The notes: generated by a model from the letters alone, not told the origin. Positions 33,306 to 42,728 are shown, numbered from the stretch's first letter. The stretch: DNA of 64,000 nucleotides from Blastocatellia bacterium (GCA_003168335.1 PMSM01000002.1:484899-548898), one strand, 5' to 3'. Translations and numbers: made by a program.

Positions 33306-34877
33306 TCACGTTACCAATATTTCTTTGGTCTGTTGATCTGTTTTCGCCGGCTCGACGAACCGTCGATAAATATCAGCACCAGAGCCTAACGCGGTTACAT
33401 TACTCTTCGCTTCATCAAGAACTTCCAGAAAGCGATCGCGCACCGGAGGCAAGCGCAGTTGCAGCATCAAGTCAATCGCGCGACCAGCGTACTTCAGAAT
33501 CTGAATTGTTTCGATGCCCGAGATGTCGTTAAAGAACCAGCCGCAACTTGTATACATCAAGACCAGCATCCGTTGTAATTCCAGATACGTCAGCCCACGC
33601 CATTGTTCTTCCGCCGACAGCCAACGGCCGGCGTGTTCATAAAGAAACTGTTCGCGCGAATGGTTCTGATCGAGAATCAGGTCGATGCTGTTATCGCGCG
33701 CCTGCCACGGATCGAGAAAAAGATTTCCGCGCGTCGCTTCAAAGTGCCCGGCATTCTCATCTCGTAAAACATCCAGCGCCTGTCGCAGTGGCGTGCGCCA
33801 TCGTTGGTTCCATCCCGCTTCACCGCCGGTGTGACAACCGCAGTCGCGGATCCAGCGACCGACGCCGTGGGGGCAACTCCAGGAAGTTCCTTTGCCATCG
33901 GGACCGTTATTGATCTCGACGTCGAATATCGGTGGATGCTGATCGAGATATTCTCCATAGTTGGTAATCCGGAAACCGTGCGTCGGCGCTTCGACTTTGA
34001 GGGCGTGCGCCAGACAAATATCGCCAAACTTGAAGTGATGACCATAGGTTTCGCCATCGGTCGCGATGTTTATCATCTCTCTGTCGTGAGCAGTCTGCGC
34101 AAATCGATCCACCAGTTCGCGGCTCGACCTCAGCAGGTTTTCAAAAGCAATCGCCCGAGAGGTCGGCCCCTCGTAGAAGAAAACTGCCATCGATCGGCCC
34201 GAGCCATCACGATGAGAATAATGATAGGCGACACTTGTATCGATACTATTCTCATCGACCGTGCGCCAATCTGCACTATCTACCCGGTCGCTACAGCTCC
34301 CGGTTCTGTAACGATCCCGCACCTGCGCGGCTTGATGCGGCGCGAGGATAACGAACCGCACGCCTTCATCGATCAAGGCACCTAACACCCGGTCATTACC
34401 CGCCGTTTCAGGAAGCCACAGCGCTTCCGGATCACGGTCGAAGCGATCACGAAAGTCGGCGATGCCCCAGCGAATCTGTGTGTGTCGATCACGTTCGTTG
34501 CACAGCGGTAAGATTGCATGGCCATAAGCCTGAGCAATCGCATTGCCATGACCGCCGCGAGCGAGCGCGCTTTCGTGATCGGCGTCGATGATACTTGCGT
34601 ATGTACCGGGGTGATTGCTCTTGAGCCAGCCCAGCAGGGTCGGCCCAAAGTTGAAGCTGATGTTGGCATAGTTATTAACGATTCGCTCTTGAGCTGTCGT
34701 GGCAGCGGTCGCTGGTTCGTTGATGCGTACGCAAGCATTGGGCTGGTAGCACTCGGAATAAATCCGCTCGTTCCAATTGTGAAAAGGCGCGGCACCCGGT
34801 TCCGCCTCAACAACTCCCGTCCACGGGTTCTCACGCGGTGGTTGGTAGAAGTGGCCATGGATAATGAGTGCCGGCAT
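33306..34877 (-). CDS. Glycoside hydrolase family 57 protein with DUF3536-type C-terminal region
   Basis: N-terminus LIIHGHFYQPPRENPW is the GH57 signature. ...TDGETYGHH holds the catalytic Glu context. Confidence 0.75.
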   Translation of the reverse strand: MPALIIHGHFYQPPRENPWTGVVEAEPGAAPFHNWNERIYSECYQPNACVRINEPATAATTAQERIVNNYANISFNFGPTLLGWLKSNHPGTYASIIDADHESALARGGHGNAIAQAYGHAILPLCNERDRHTQIRWGIADFRDRFDRDPEALWLPETAGNDRVLGALIDEGVRFVILAPHQAAQVRDRYRTGSCSDRVDSADWRTVDENSIDTSVAYHYSHRDGSGRSMAVFFYEGPTSRAIAFENLLRSSRELVDRFAQTAHDREMINIATDGETYGHHFKFGDICLAHALKVEAPTHGFRITNYGEYLDQHPPIFDVEINNGPDGKGTSWSCPHGVGRWIRDCGCHTGGEAGWNQRWRTPLRQALDVLRDENAGHFEATRGNLFLDPWQARDNSIDLILDQNHSREQFLYEHAGRWLSAEEQWRGLTYLELQRMLVLMYTSCGWFFNDISGIETIQILKYAGRAIDLMLQLRLPPVRDRFLEVLDEAKSNVTALGSGADIYRRFVEPAKTDQQTKEILVT

Positions 34878-34937
34878 AGAATTTGGAGTGCGGCGACTTG
34901 TCGCCGCTTTTTTAATATGCAGCGGGTAAAGAGAAAA

Positions 34938-35927
34938 TCAAAGCGGTGACGAGTCACCGCACTCCAAAGCCAGCCATGCGGCGCCCAACAATCCCGCATC
35001 GTCCCCACACTTTGCGCGCTCAATCCGGCATCGCTGCGCCGGAACCGGGAACGCCCGTTTCCTGACCTCTGCGCGCGCATGCTGCGCAAACACCTCCCAG
35101 GCCGCCGACACGCCGCCACCGATGACGATCATTTCGGGATTGAAGATGTTGACGAAATTCGCCATCGCGATGCCGAGATAAACTCCCGCTCTTTGGAAGA
35201 CGTCGAGCGCCAGCTCATCACCTGCGATCGCTGCGTTACAAATTCTTTCGGAGGTTAGTTCAGTTGCGTTGATTGAGTGCAGCAGGGAATTCGGGTGTTG
35301 GGCCAGCGACTCGCGCGTCAGGCGCACAATCGCGGTCGCGGAAGCGTAAACCTCAAGGCAACCAGTATTGCCGCACTTACACTGAGCGCCACCGAAAGGC
35401 TCTACGGTGGTGTGACCGAGTTCACCGGCGGTGCCATCAGGGCCACGCCAAAGTTTGCCATCCAGGATGATTCCGCCACCAACACCGGTCCCGAGCGTGA
35501 GGCAAATGATCGTGTGATGGCCGCGAGCCGCGCCCTGCCACCTCTCGCCGAGGGCTGAGGCATTTGCATCGTTCTCAAGGAGCACCGGCCGGTGGAGTGC
35601 GCTCTCCAGCGCGGGTCCGAGTTTGTATCCCTGCACAGACCTAAGGTTTGGCGCGTTGACCACCAATCCGGTTTCAATGTGAACGGTGCCGGGGACGACG
35701 ACCGAAACCGACTGGATGCGCGCACCGCGCTTCAGGGCTTGGGCTTCGCAATCGCGCACGGCAGCGGCGACCCGCGCAACGACGTCCTCGGGCTTGTCAG
35801 ATTGCGGCGTGGAATTTCTTACACGTTCGTGAAGGCACCCATTGCGATCGATGTTGGCGGCGCGCAGGTTTGTGCCGCCCAGATCGACGGCGCAAACCAG
35901 TTCATCTTCCTTCGAACCATCGTTCAC
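34938..35927 (-). CDS. ROK-family glucokinase
   Basis: VCAVDLGGTNLRAA, LENDANASALGE and the zinc motif CKCGNTGCLEVYAS. GTG start 3 nt after the stop of the upstream permease. Confidence 0.85.
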   Translation of the reverse strand: MNDGSKEDELVCAVDLGGTNLRAANIDRNGCLHERVRNSTPQSDKPEDVVARVAAAVRDCEAQALKRGARIQSVSVVVPGTVHIETGLVVNAPNLRSVQGYKLGPALESALHRPVLLENDANASALGERWQGAARGHHTIICLTLGTGVGGGIILDGKLWRGPDGTAGELGHTTVEPFGGAQCKCGNTGCLEVYASATAIVRLTRESLAQHPNSLLHSINATELTSERICNAAIAGDELALDVFQRAGVYLGIAMANFVNIFNPEMIVIGGGVSAAWEVFAQHARAEVRKRAFPVPAQRCRIERAKCGDDAGLLGAAWLALECGDSSPL

Positions 35928-35930
35928 GCG

Positions 35931-37097
35931 CTACGCTTTTCTTCTTCCGAACATATCGAACCCGACCGCAGCCACCAGCACTCCGCCCTTAACCACGTAC
36001 TGCGCCCAGTTCTCGACATTCAAGAGTGACATGCCGTTATCCAGGCTAGCCAGAATCAACGCACCCAGCACCGCGCCGAAGACTGTACCTCGGCCGCCCA
36101 TCAAACTCGTGCCGCCAATGACGCATGAAGCGATCGCGTCGAGCTCCATTAAACTCCCTGCATCCGGCGACGCGCTGCCGACGCGCGCCGTGTGCAGAAT
36201 CGAAGCCAGCCCGGCCAGTGCTCCCATCACACAGAACGCAGCGAGGATGTACCGCCGCAAATTGATTCCGGAAAGACGGGCCGCGTCCGGGTTGCCGCCG
36301 ATCGCGTAAAGGTAACGACCGAAGGTCGTGTTGGCGGTTAGAAACGAACCGGCGAGCGCAACCGCGAGCAGAAAGATCACCGGAATGGGAACGCCCCCCG
36401 CTTTGTTCATCAGAAAAATGAACGCGACGATGACGACCGATGGGAACAGGATACGTGTAGCAATCGCGGCGGCGCTCAGCACTTTCAACCCGTGACGTTG
36501 GCGCGCGCGGTTGCGTCGAATGTTCGTCCACGCAATGGCGGCAATGCCCGCGATCGCCAGGCCGAAACCGATGCGCGGATCGATAAAGTCGCGGCCCAGT
36601 GAGCGAAAGAAAGGATGCTCGACGGGAATGGTCGCGCCCTTTGTCAGCTTGAGAATAACTCCGCGCCACGCTTCCAGTCCGCCGAGAGTCACGATGAACG
36701 CGGGAATGTTGACGTAAGCCACCAGGGTCCCCTGGATCGCTCCGATTAACAATCCGACGACGATTGCGGCCGCGAGCGAGGGAACCACTCCCCAGCCCTG
36801 ACTCATCGCCGCGATGCCCCCGGAAAGACCAACCACGGCTCCTACCGAAAGATCGATGTTGCCGCAGACGATCACCATCAACATGCCGACGGCCAGCACG
36901 CCGGTCACGGCCATCTGCTGCAGTAGTTTCGAGAAGTTGACCGCGCCGAGGAACAGGCCGTAAGGATGATATTGATCGATCGTGGCCCATTGAAAGAAAA
37001 GCCAGATCACGATCAGCGCGAGCAGCATCGTGTAAGCTCGCAGCGCTGAGGTGCGAATCTTGAATCTGCCGGTACGTGTGTTGGCTGAGTCAGTCAT
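35931..37097 (-). CDS. Sugar ABC transporter permease (XylH/branched-chain type)
   Basis: 388-aa polytopic protein of the XylH/RbsC-like BPD_transp_2 type (GNIDLSVGAV..., GGTSL.GGRGTV.G). Confidence 0.8.
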   Translation of the reverse strand: MTDSANTRTGRFKIRTSALRAYTMLLALIVIWLFFQWATIDQYHPYGLFLGAVNFSKLLQQMAVTGVLAVGMLMVIVCGNIDLSVGAVVGLSGGIAAMSQGWGVVPSLAAAIVVGLLIGAIQGTLVAYVNIPAFIVTLGGLEAWRGVILKLTKGATIPVEHPFFRSLGRDFIDPRIGFGLAIAGIAAIAWTNIRRNRARQRHGLKVLSAAAIATRILFPSVVIVAFIFLMNKAGGVPIPVIFLLAVALAGSFLTANTTFGRYLYAIGGNPDAARLSGINLRRYILAAFCVMGALAGLASILHTARVGSASPDAGSLMELDAIASCVIGGTSLMGGRGTVFGAVLGALILASLDNGMSLLNVENWAQYVVKGGVLVAAVGFDMFGRRKA

Positions 37098-37118
37098 CTT
37101 GAGAACTGATCATGTTCT

Positions 37119-37144
37119 GTTTAGAGGCGGGGCTACTGCCCGCC
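37119..37144. repeat. Solo copy of the GTTTAGAGGCGGG hairpin unit
   Basis: GTTTAGAGGCGGGGCTACTGCCCGCC lies between the ABC ATPase and permease genes. Confidence 0.75.
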
Positions 37145-37186
37145 ATTCTCTCGGCGCACAATCGGCTTGCCAAGGTTCTTTCAATC

Positions 37187-38716
37187 TCACGCCGCGCGAC
37201 GCGCATGTCCGGTCGCGCACGACATCACCGCTTCCGGAGTCGCTTCACCGCGCGTGAACTCTCCGGTGATGCGTCCTTCATACAAGACGATCACGCGATC
37301 TGAGAGACCGAGCACTTCGGGTAACTCAGATGAAACCAGAACGATGGCCAGGCCTCTTTCCGCCAGCTTATTGATCTGGGCATAGATTTCCTGTTTGGCG
37401 CCGACATCGATGCCGCGCGTCGGTTCGTCGAGAAAGAGCACCCGCGGGTTCGTCAACAACCATTTCGCCAGCACGACCTTTTGTTGATTTCCACCGGACA
37501 GCGTTCCCGCGATCGTAAAAACTGAATTTGCCTTGATGCGCAGTTCGCGCGCGGAACGTTCACCGGCAGCGGCTTCGGCATCTTCATTGGTCACAAACCG
37601 GCCGGAGAGTTTGCGCAGCCCGGCCAGCGTCATGTTCTTCAAAATTGTCTGGTCGAGGATGAGTCCATAACGCTTTCGATCCTCGGTTACAAAGCCGATG
37701 CCATGTTTGATCGCGTCAGAAGGTTGATTGATCTGAACCGGCTTTTGATCGACAAGTATCTCAGCAGACTTGCGACCAGGATGGGCGCCAAAAATTGCCA
37801 TTAGCAACTCGCTTCGTCCTGATCCCATCAGGCCGGCAATCCCCAGCACCTCGGCCTTCCGAGCCGTGAATCCGACGCGATCGACGAGCAGCTTGCCCGG
37901 AACTCCCGGGTCCTCGACCGTGACGTTGCGCGCTTCGAAGATAACATCGCCGCGCTCATGTTTGACTTCGGGAAAAATCTGGCCGACTTCGCGTCCGACC
38001 ATCTTTGCGATCACCCGAGCTTCGTCCAGATCCGATGTCGCTTCAGTGCCAATCGTCCGGCCGTCGCGCAGCACGGTGATGCGATCGCTGATGCGGAAGA
38101 CCTCGTCCAGCTTGTGCGAGATGTAAATCATCGCGACGCCGCGCGCGCGCAGTTTATTCAGAATGCCAAAGAGCGTTTCGACTTCCGCATCGGTTAGCGC
38201 CGCGGTTGGCTCGTCAAGCACGACGATGCGCGCATCCTGCGACAACGCCTTGGCGATCTCGACCAGTTGTTGTTGGCCGATACCGAGGTTGCGCACGGGC
38301 GTGAGCGGATCGATGGCGAGATGAAGATCGTCGAGCAGTTGCTGTGCGCGGCTATAGAGTTTTTCCCAGTTGATGACGCCGAAACGGCGCGGCTCGCGAC
38401 CGAGAAAGATGTTCTCAGCCACGCTCACATCTTTCACCAGCGAGAGTTCCTGATAAATGACCGCGATCCGGGCTTTCTCGGCGTCCCGAACATTCGCAAA
38501 GCATCGCGCGGAGCCATCCAGAAAAATCTCGCCATCATATTCAGGATGAGGATAGACGCCGGCGAGAATTTTGATCAGCGTCGATTTACCCGCGCCGTTT
38601 TCACCGACCAATGCATGAATCTCGCCTGGGCTCAGATCGAAACTAACTCCATCAAGCGCACGAACACCCGGAAAGGACTTCGTGATCTGTTTCATCTCAA
38701 GTAGTGGAGCCTGCAT
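37187..38716 (-). CDS. Sugar ABC transporter ATP-binding protein (tandem ABC domains)
   Basis: Walker A GENGAGKST, signature LSGGNQQKV, Walker B LDEPT (twice). 509 aa, XylG/RbsA-like. Confidence 0.9.
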   Translation of the reverse strand: MQAPLLEMKQITKSFPGVRALDGVSFDLSPGEIHALVGENGAGKSTLIKILAGVYPHPEYDGEIFLDGSARCFANVRDAEKARIAVIYQELSLVKDVSVAENIFLGREPRRFGVINWEKLYSRAQQLLDDLHLAIDPLTPVRNLGIGQQQLVEIAKALSQDARIVVLDEPTAALTDAEVETLFGILNKLRARGVAMIYISHKLDEVFRISDRITVLRDGRTIGTEATSDLDEARVIAKMVGREVGQIFPEVKHERGDVIFEARNVTVEDPGVPGKLLVDRVGFTARKAEVLGIAGLMGSGRSELLMAIFGAHPGRKSAEILVDQKPVQINQPSDAIKHGIGFVTEDRKRYGLILDQTILKNMTLAGLRKLSGRFVTNEDAEAAAGERSARELRIKANSVFTIAGTLSGGNQQKVVLAKWLLTNPRVLFLDEPTRGIDVGAKQEIYAQINKLAERGLAIVLVSSELPEVLGLSDRVIVLYEGRITGEFTRGEATPEAVMSCATGHARRAA

Positions 38717-38784
38717 GATCTTGATGTCCGCTGTTGGGCTGGGCCAGTTTTGCCAAGACCCTTCAACGTGGGCGTCCGGCGTTT

Positions 38785-38843
38785 AGAGTGCCAACTTTAG
38801 TTGGGTCTTTGCCGCGAAAAAGCCCAACTAAAGTTGGTACTCT
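38785..38843. repeat. 21-bp-arm inverted repeat between the ABC substrate-binding and ATPase genes
   Basis: AGAGTGCCAACTTTAGTTGGG ... CCCAACTAAAGTTGGTACTCT, with one mismatch and a 17-nt spacer. Confidence 0.85.
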
Positions 38844-38891
38844 GTACACCGCTAGCGTTGCTCGTGCAATCTACTGCCCACTGCTTACTGC

Positions 38892-39956
38892 TTACTGCTT
38901 GGGCCACTGATCCTTCGGCACGTTCTTATAAACGTCTTCCAGCTTGTGATAGCCGTCCTTGATGACGGTATCCATCACGTTGCTCTTGTCCAGCACCTGT
39001 GGCAGGTGAAGGATCGAAGGAACATCTTTCTTGCCGTTGTTGATAGTCTCCTTCGTTTCAACTTTTTCACCGCGAGCGAGTTTGACTGCTGCATCGACAG
39101 CGCTGAAGGCGAGCGGCTGGATCGGTTTGTAAACCGTCATCGTTTGACTGCCCTGAACAATTCGCTGCACGGCGTCGAGGGCGGCGTCCTGTCCGGTCAC
39201 CAGGACCTTACCAACCAGCTGCGGCGGCAGAGCTGAGATCGCGCCGCCGGCAGTGCCGTCATTCGAGGCCACAATCGCCTGGATATCGTTGTTGTTTTTC
39301 GTCAGAGCGTCTTCGGTTATGCGCAGCGCTTCGCTGGCCAGCCACTCGCGCGCGAATTGTTTAGTTACGATCTTGATGTCGCCGCGATCCACCGCCGGCT
39401 GCAACACGCTCATCTGGCCCTCGACCAGCAGGATCGCGTTGTTGTCCGTCTGCGAGCCGCCAATCAAAACGTAATTGCCTTTGGGCTTATGATCGAGCGC
39501 GTACTGCGCCTGCATCTGCCCGATCTTCACAACCTGGTGCGCCACGTAAAGATCAACATCAGAATTGCGGATCAGACGGTCGTAACTGATGACCGGAACG
39601 TTCTGGCGATGTGCGGCCTCGACAATTGAGGCGGCAATCTGTCCGTTGTGCGGCGCGACGATCAAAACGTCGACGCCCTTGGTGAGAAGGTTGTCGCACT
39701 GTTTCGTCTGCACGGCATCGTCGCCGTTGGCGACTTGTATTTCACACTCGGCACCGACTTCTTTGCACCGTTGTTCGAACAGGGCCTTGTCGCGCTGCCA
39801 ACGTTCTTCTTTCAGCGTGTCCATAGAAATGCCTATGCGCACGGGGCCGGTGCCTTTGGCTCGTTTGCCGGCGTCGCCCCCGGGTCCCTTGACGCAGGCG
39901 GTCAACAAAAGCGCAGCGAGCAACAGTAAGAAAATTGGGCGGGTTCTTGTGTTCAT
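38892..39956 (-). CDS. Periplasmic monosaccharide-binding protein (XylF-like)
   Basis: Lipoprotein-like signal (LLLTAC). IGISMDTLKEERWQRDKALFEQRCKEVGAE...GVDVLIVAPHN parallels E. coli XylF as I recall it. Confidence 0.8.
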   Translation of the reverse strand: MNTRTRPIFLLLLAALLLTACVKGPGGDAGKRAKGTGPVRIGISMDTLKEERWQRDKALFEQRCKEVGAECEIQVANGDDAVQTKQCDNLLTKGVDVLIVAPHNGQIAASIVEAAHRQNVPVISYDRLIRNSDVDLYVAHQVVKIGQMQAQYALDHKPKGNYVLIGGSQTDNNAILLVEGQMSVLQPAVDRGDIKIVTKQFAREWLASEALRITEDALTKNNNDIQAIVASNDGTAGGAISALPPQLVGKVLVTGQDAALDAVQRIVQGSQTMTVYKPIQPLAFSAVDAAVKLARGEKVETKETINNGKKDVPSILHLPQVLDKSNVMDTVIKDGYHKLEDVYKNVPKDQWPKQ

Positions 39957-40065
39957 GTGTGCATCCTTCTTAGCAACAAGTGTTCAATTCAGGGCTCCGT
40001 TGGGGGCCGGATGTTTATAGCCGTCCAGATCGTATTATTCAAGCGGGGATAAGATAGCAGGTCTG

Positions 40066-40440
40066 CTAGTGCTTAAAGTGCTGCACGTAACTCGCCAGCG
40101 AAGAAATCTGTGCCTTCGTCAGCTTCTTGCCAAACGCCGGCATGTTCTTCCTTCCGCGCGTGATTGCATTAACGAATTCACCTGAGTTGTGTTTAGCCCA
40201 CCAGTTGCCGTCGGTAAAATCCGGAGCATTGAAGATTCGACCCATAGACGTGTCGCCCGAGCCGTCGGCTCCGTGGCACTTCGTACATTTTTGTTTGAAC
40301 AAAGCTTCGGTTGGCGGAGGTACGCCCGCGGACGGCGAAACGGTGAAGGCGTGATCACGCGCGGCCTGGTTTAACGTTAACGAATTGACGACCAGAAAAA
40401 TTCCGACGACGAAGAGAATCAACTTGAGCAGAAGCTTCAT
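40066..40440 (-). CDS. Membrane-anchored/secreted class I c-type cytochrome
   Basis: N-terminal hydrophobic segment, a single CTKCHG haem-binding motif and a distal Met region (RKNMPAF). Confidence 0.7.
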   Translation of the reverse strand: MKLLLKLILFVVGIFLVVNSLTLNQAARDHAFTVSPSAGVPPPTEALFKQKCTKCHGADGSGDTSMGRIFNAPDFTDGNWWAKHNSGEFVNAITRGRKNMPAFGKKLTKAQISSLASYVQHFKH

Positions 40441-40499
40441 GTTCAGCAGCGAGACTGTGCAAGATAGACGAGCGGCAGAAACGGCGACTCATGCTTGGG

Positions 40500-40565
40500 T
40501 CAGAAGCCCGACCGTGAGGGAGGGCTTGTCGATGGATGGGCCCTCCCTCACGGTCGGGCTTCTGA
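40500..40565. repeat. Perfect 26-bp-arm inverted repeat (GCCCGACCGTGAGGGAGGGC unit)
   Basis: TCAGAAGCCCGACCGTGAGGGAGGGC (40500-40525) and its exact reverse complement (40540-40565). A half copy sits at 53381-53401. Confidence 0.95.
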
Positions 40566-40708
40566 CAACTGATTGTCGCCAATTTGTGCCGGGCCCATAA
40601 TACTATGAACGATGAACGGGGTTCTAACAGAGACGCATACCCACATCGCCTCGCCACCTAACCGTTCGCGTTCCAGGATCTTGATCTGAGATCTGAAACT
40701 GGAGATGT

Positions 40709-40737
40709 TTGACACTCAATCGACGAGTAACTAGAAT
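40709..40737 (+). promoter_or_regulatory. Sigma-70-type promoter TTGACA-17 nt-TAGAAT upstream of the mini-GntR gene
   Basis: TTGACA at 40709-40714, a 17-nt spacer and TAGAAT at 40732-40737. It lies 34 nt upstream of GTG 40771. Confidence 0.55.
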
Positions 40738-40770
40738 ACGCGCCACTCATAAAACTGGAGGACAAATCGA

Positions 40771-41067
40771 GTGACTCTCAAGATCCGGATCAACAGGAAA
40801 AGTGTCGAATCGATGACCAGGCAGATCACTGATCAGCTCGGAAGTTTGATCAGCGGCGGGGCGATGGCGGTCGGAAGTCTGCTGCCAAGCGAGCGCGCGC
40901 TGGCTAATTCGCTGGGAGTTGCGCGCAACGTTGTGCGCGGCAGTTATGAATATTTGGAGAAAGCCGGCGTCGTCCAGCGCGAAGGAAGAAAAGGACGGCG
41001 AGTGCGCGCGAAAACCTCACGCAAGAAAACCACCAGGACCGCGAAGACGGCAGCCAAGAAACGCTAA
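40771..41067 (+). CDS. Mini GntR-type winged-helix protein with a Lys/Arg-rich tail
   Basis: LPSERALANSLGVARNVVRGSYEYLEKAGVVQREGRKG is a GntR wHTH and no effector domain follows. GGAGGA lies 8 nt upstream of GTG 40771, and a near-consensus promoter sits upstream. Confidence 0.6.
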   Translation: MTLKIRINRKSVESMTRQITDQLGSLISGGAMAVGSLLPSERALANSLGVARNVVRGSYEYLEKAGVVQREGRKGRRVRAKTSRKKTTRTAKTAAKKR

Positions 41068-41108
41068 CGGCGAGTCGGTTTGCTCTGGCCTGATCCTTTT
41101 GATTGACA

Positions 41109-42464
41109 CTAAACAGCTTTGATTGGCGGCGCGGCTTCGTCACCAAGCGCCAGGATCTCGCGGCGAATGGCCGCTCGCTCGGCCAGCAAACGGACGAACG
41201 CACGCCGGCGCGTTACGAACAGCGCCAAGGCGACAAAACTCCCGAAAAAACTATCAATCTCTTCAAAGAAGCGCACGGCGACGTAACCGCAAAATGGGGT
41301 GACAATCAACGCGGCCACGCCGGCGAACCAGCCAACCAGGCACCAGGAAACCACCGCGATCCCGATCCACGTTAACGGAAAAAGGAGCATCGCGGAGAGG
41401 ATCTTGAAGGTCGAAACTACGTCCTGTTCATGACGCGCTAACCGCCGCGAAAGATAACCGGCGAATCGGTAAGCGGGGTAGTGAACGGCGGTGCCGAACA
41501 AAGCCAGCGGCGCCAGCCCGGCGCAAGTGAGCACCTGCGCAAGTAGTCTGAAGATTGTGCGGGCTGCGGTTGGCGGCAGCGAAAGGTCGGCAGAATCGAT
41601 TCCCGCCTGTTTCATTTCATATTCAAAGCGAGCAATGCGCGCTTCGATAGCATCGATTCGCCGGGGAGAATGAGCACGATAAAACGCATAGCCTTCGAGA
41701 AACCTTTGGCGCAGTTCGAGCGAACGCGCCAGGAGCTGTTCTTCATCATGTTCGCCGACTTCAGCGGCGGAAAAGATTTGCTCCGCTCTTCCGATCAAAG
41801 ACAGGGCTTCTTCCTGTTCGGCGTGCAGCATCACTTCACGCAGAGCTTTTTCGATCTTATCTGAAAGCTGACGCACGGCCTCGCGCGGTGGCGTGCCGTC
41901 GGGTTCGAGCGTGATGGGTGCAACCGGCAAACCTTCCGCGAAGTACAGCAGAGCTGAGCTGCGGAACGTCGTCTTCTCAGTGTAGTAAAGTCCAACCGGG
42001 ACGATTTTCAGATCGAGTGCTTCGCCCGACGACGCGGCCGCCAGCGCGATGCGCGCCGCGCCAGTCTTCAAAGTTTTCAAACGAGGCTCGTCGTGCGACA
42101 CGCCCTCGGGGCAAATGCCAATCGTGATTCCGCGCGCCAACAGTTGGCGGGCCGCGACAAACGATTCCGTGTTGCGGGAAACGTCCTGGCCTTCATCCTG
42201 GCGCCGGTATGCGGGCAGGGAATCGAGCGCGCGCACCAGGGAGCCTATTACCGGCATGCTAAACAACGGCGCCTTCGCGAGAAAGGCGACCCGTCGCGGC
42301 GCCAGACAGAGAAGGAACGCCGGATCGACCAGCGCGTTTGGATGATTGAGGACAAAGATAACCGCGCTGTCACGCGGCACATTTTCGAGGCCGGTCACCT
42401 CGATGCGGCGAAAATAAACCCGCAAAGCCACTCTCAATACGGCGCAAATGATTCGCCTTATCAT
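41109..42464 (-). CDS. PlsC-type (lysophospholipid/glycerol-3-phosphate) acyltransferase with C-terminal membrane domain
   Basis: Acyltransferase HX4D block NHPNALVDP, then ICPEG.SHD. The C-terminal ~200 aa contain several TM helices. Confidence 0.7.
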   Translation of the reverse strand: MIRRIICAVLRVALRVYFRRIEVTGLENVPRDSAVIFVLNHPNALVDPAFLLCLAPRRVAFLAKAPLFSMPVIGSLVRALDSLPAYRRQDEGQDVSRNTESFVAARQLLARGITIGICPEGVSHDEPRLKTLKTGAARIALAAASSGEALDLKIVPVGLYYTEKTTFRSSALLYFAEGLPVAPITLEPDGTPPREAVRQLSDKIEKALREVMLHAEQEEALSLIGRAEQIFSAAEVGEHDEEQLLARSLELRQRFLEGYAFYRAHSPRRIDAIEARIARFEYEMKQAGIDSADLSLPPTAARTIFRLLAQVLTCAGLAPLALFGTAVHYPAYRFAGYLSRRLARHEQDVVSTFKILSAMLLFPLTWIGIAVVSWCLVGWFAGVAALIVTPFCGYVAVRFFEEIDSFFGSFVALALFVTRRRAFVRLLAERAAIRREILALGDEAAPPIKAV

Positions 42465-42496
42465 TTAGGTGCGGAAACGCTTGCGCGGCAAGCGGG

Positions 42497-42690
42497 TAAC
42501 CGCGAAGCGGTTAAAGAAAATAGCCGTGGGCAACGCCCACGGATCCTAAGCCATACTATTGTTGCTGACCCTGAAAGGGTCATATCCGTTATGCGACCCT
42601 TTCAGGGTCGGGAATCTCATCCAATCTGATCCGGGGGCGGCGCTGCGCTTGCCCCCGGCTATTGTATTTCACGCTTTCAGCGTGAAGAGG
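42497..42690. repeat. F-type composite element, copy 2 (stems compensated)
   Basis: TAACCGC-GAA-GCGGTTA, AATAGCCGTGGGCAACGCCCACGG, TGACCCTGAAAGGGTCA / CGACCCTTTCAGGGTCG, CCGGGGGC...GCCCCCGGCTATTGTATTTCACGCTTTCAGCGTGAA. Confidence 0.8.
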
Positions 42691-42728
42691 CGTTCGCGCT
42701 GCGCGCTCAAAAGGGCTTCTGATACCAG

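Noticed and set aside
34382-35119. 245-aa minus-strand ORF bridging the GH57 start and the ROK kinase end
   Set aside because: It overlaps two well-supported genes out of frame, and the product has no recognisable features.
36046-36990. 314-aa minus-strand ORF inside the ABC permease gene
   Set aside because: It is in an alternative frame of a clearly recognisable polytopic permease. The product is an Arg/Gly/Ser-rich low-complexity string, which marks it as a frame artefact.
38873-38900. Tandem 7-mer ACTGCTT x3 (plus one degenerate unit) spanning the stop codon of the sugar-binding protein gene; considered as a phase-variation tract
   Set aside because: On the coding strand, the first unit and the start of the next already read AAG CAG TAA. 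Gain or loss of units downstream therefore leaves the protein unchanged. Three units is also too short for efficient slippage.
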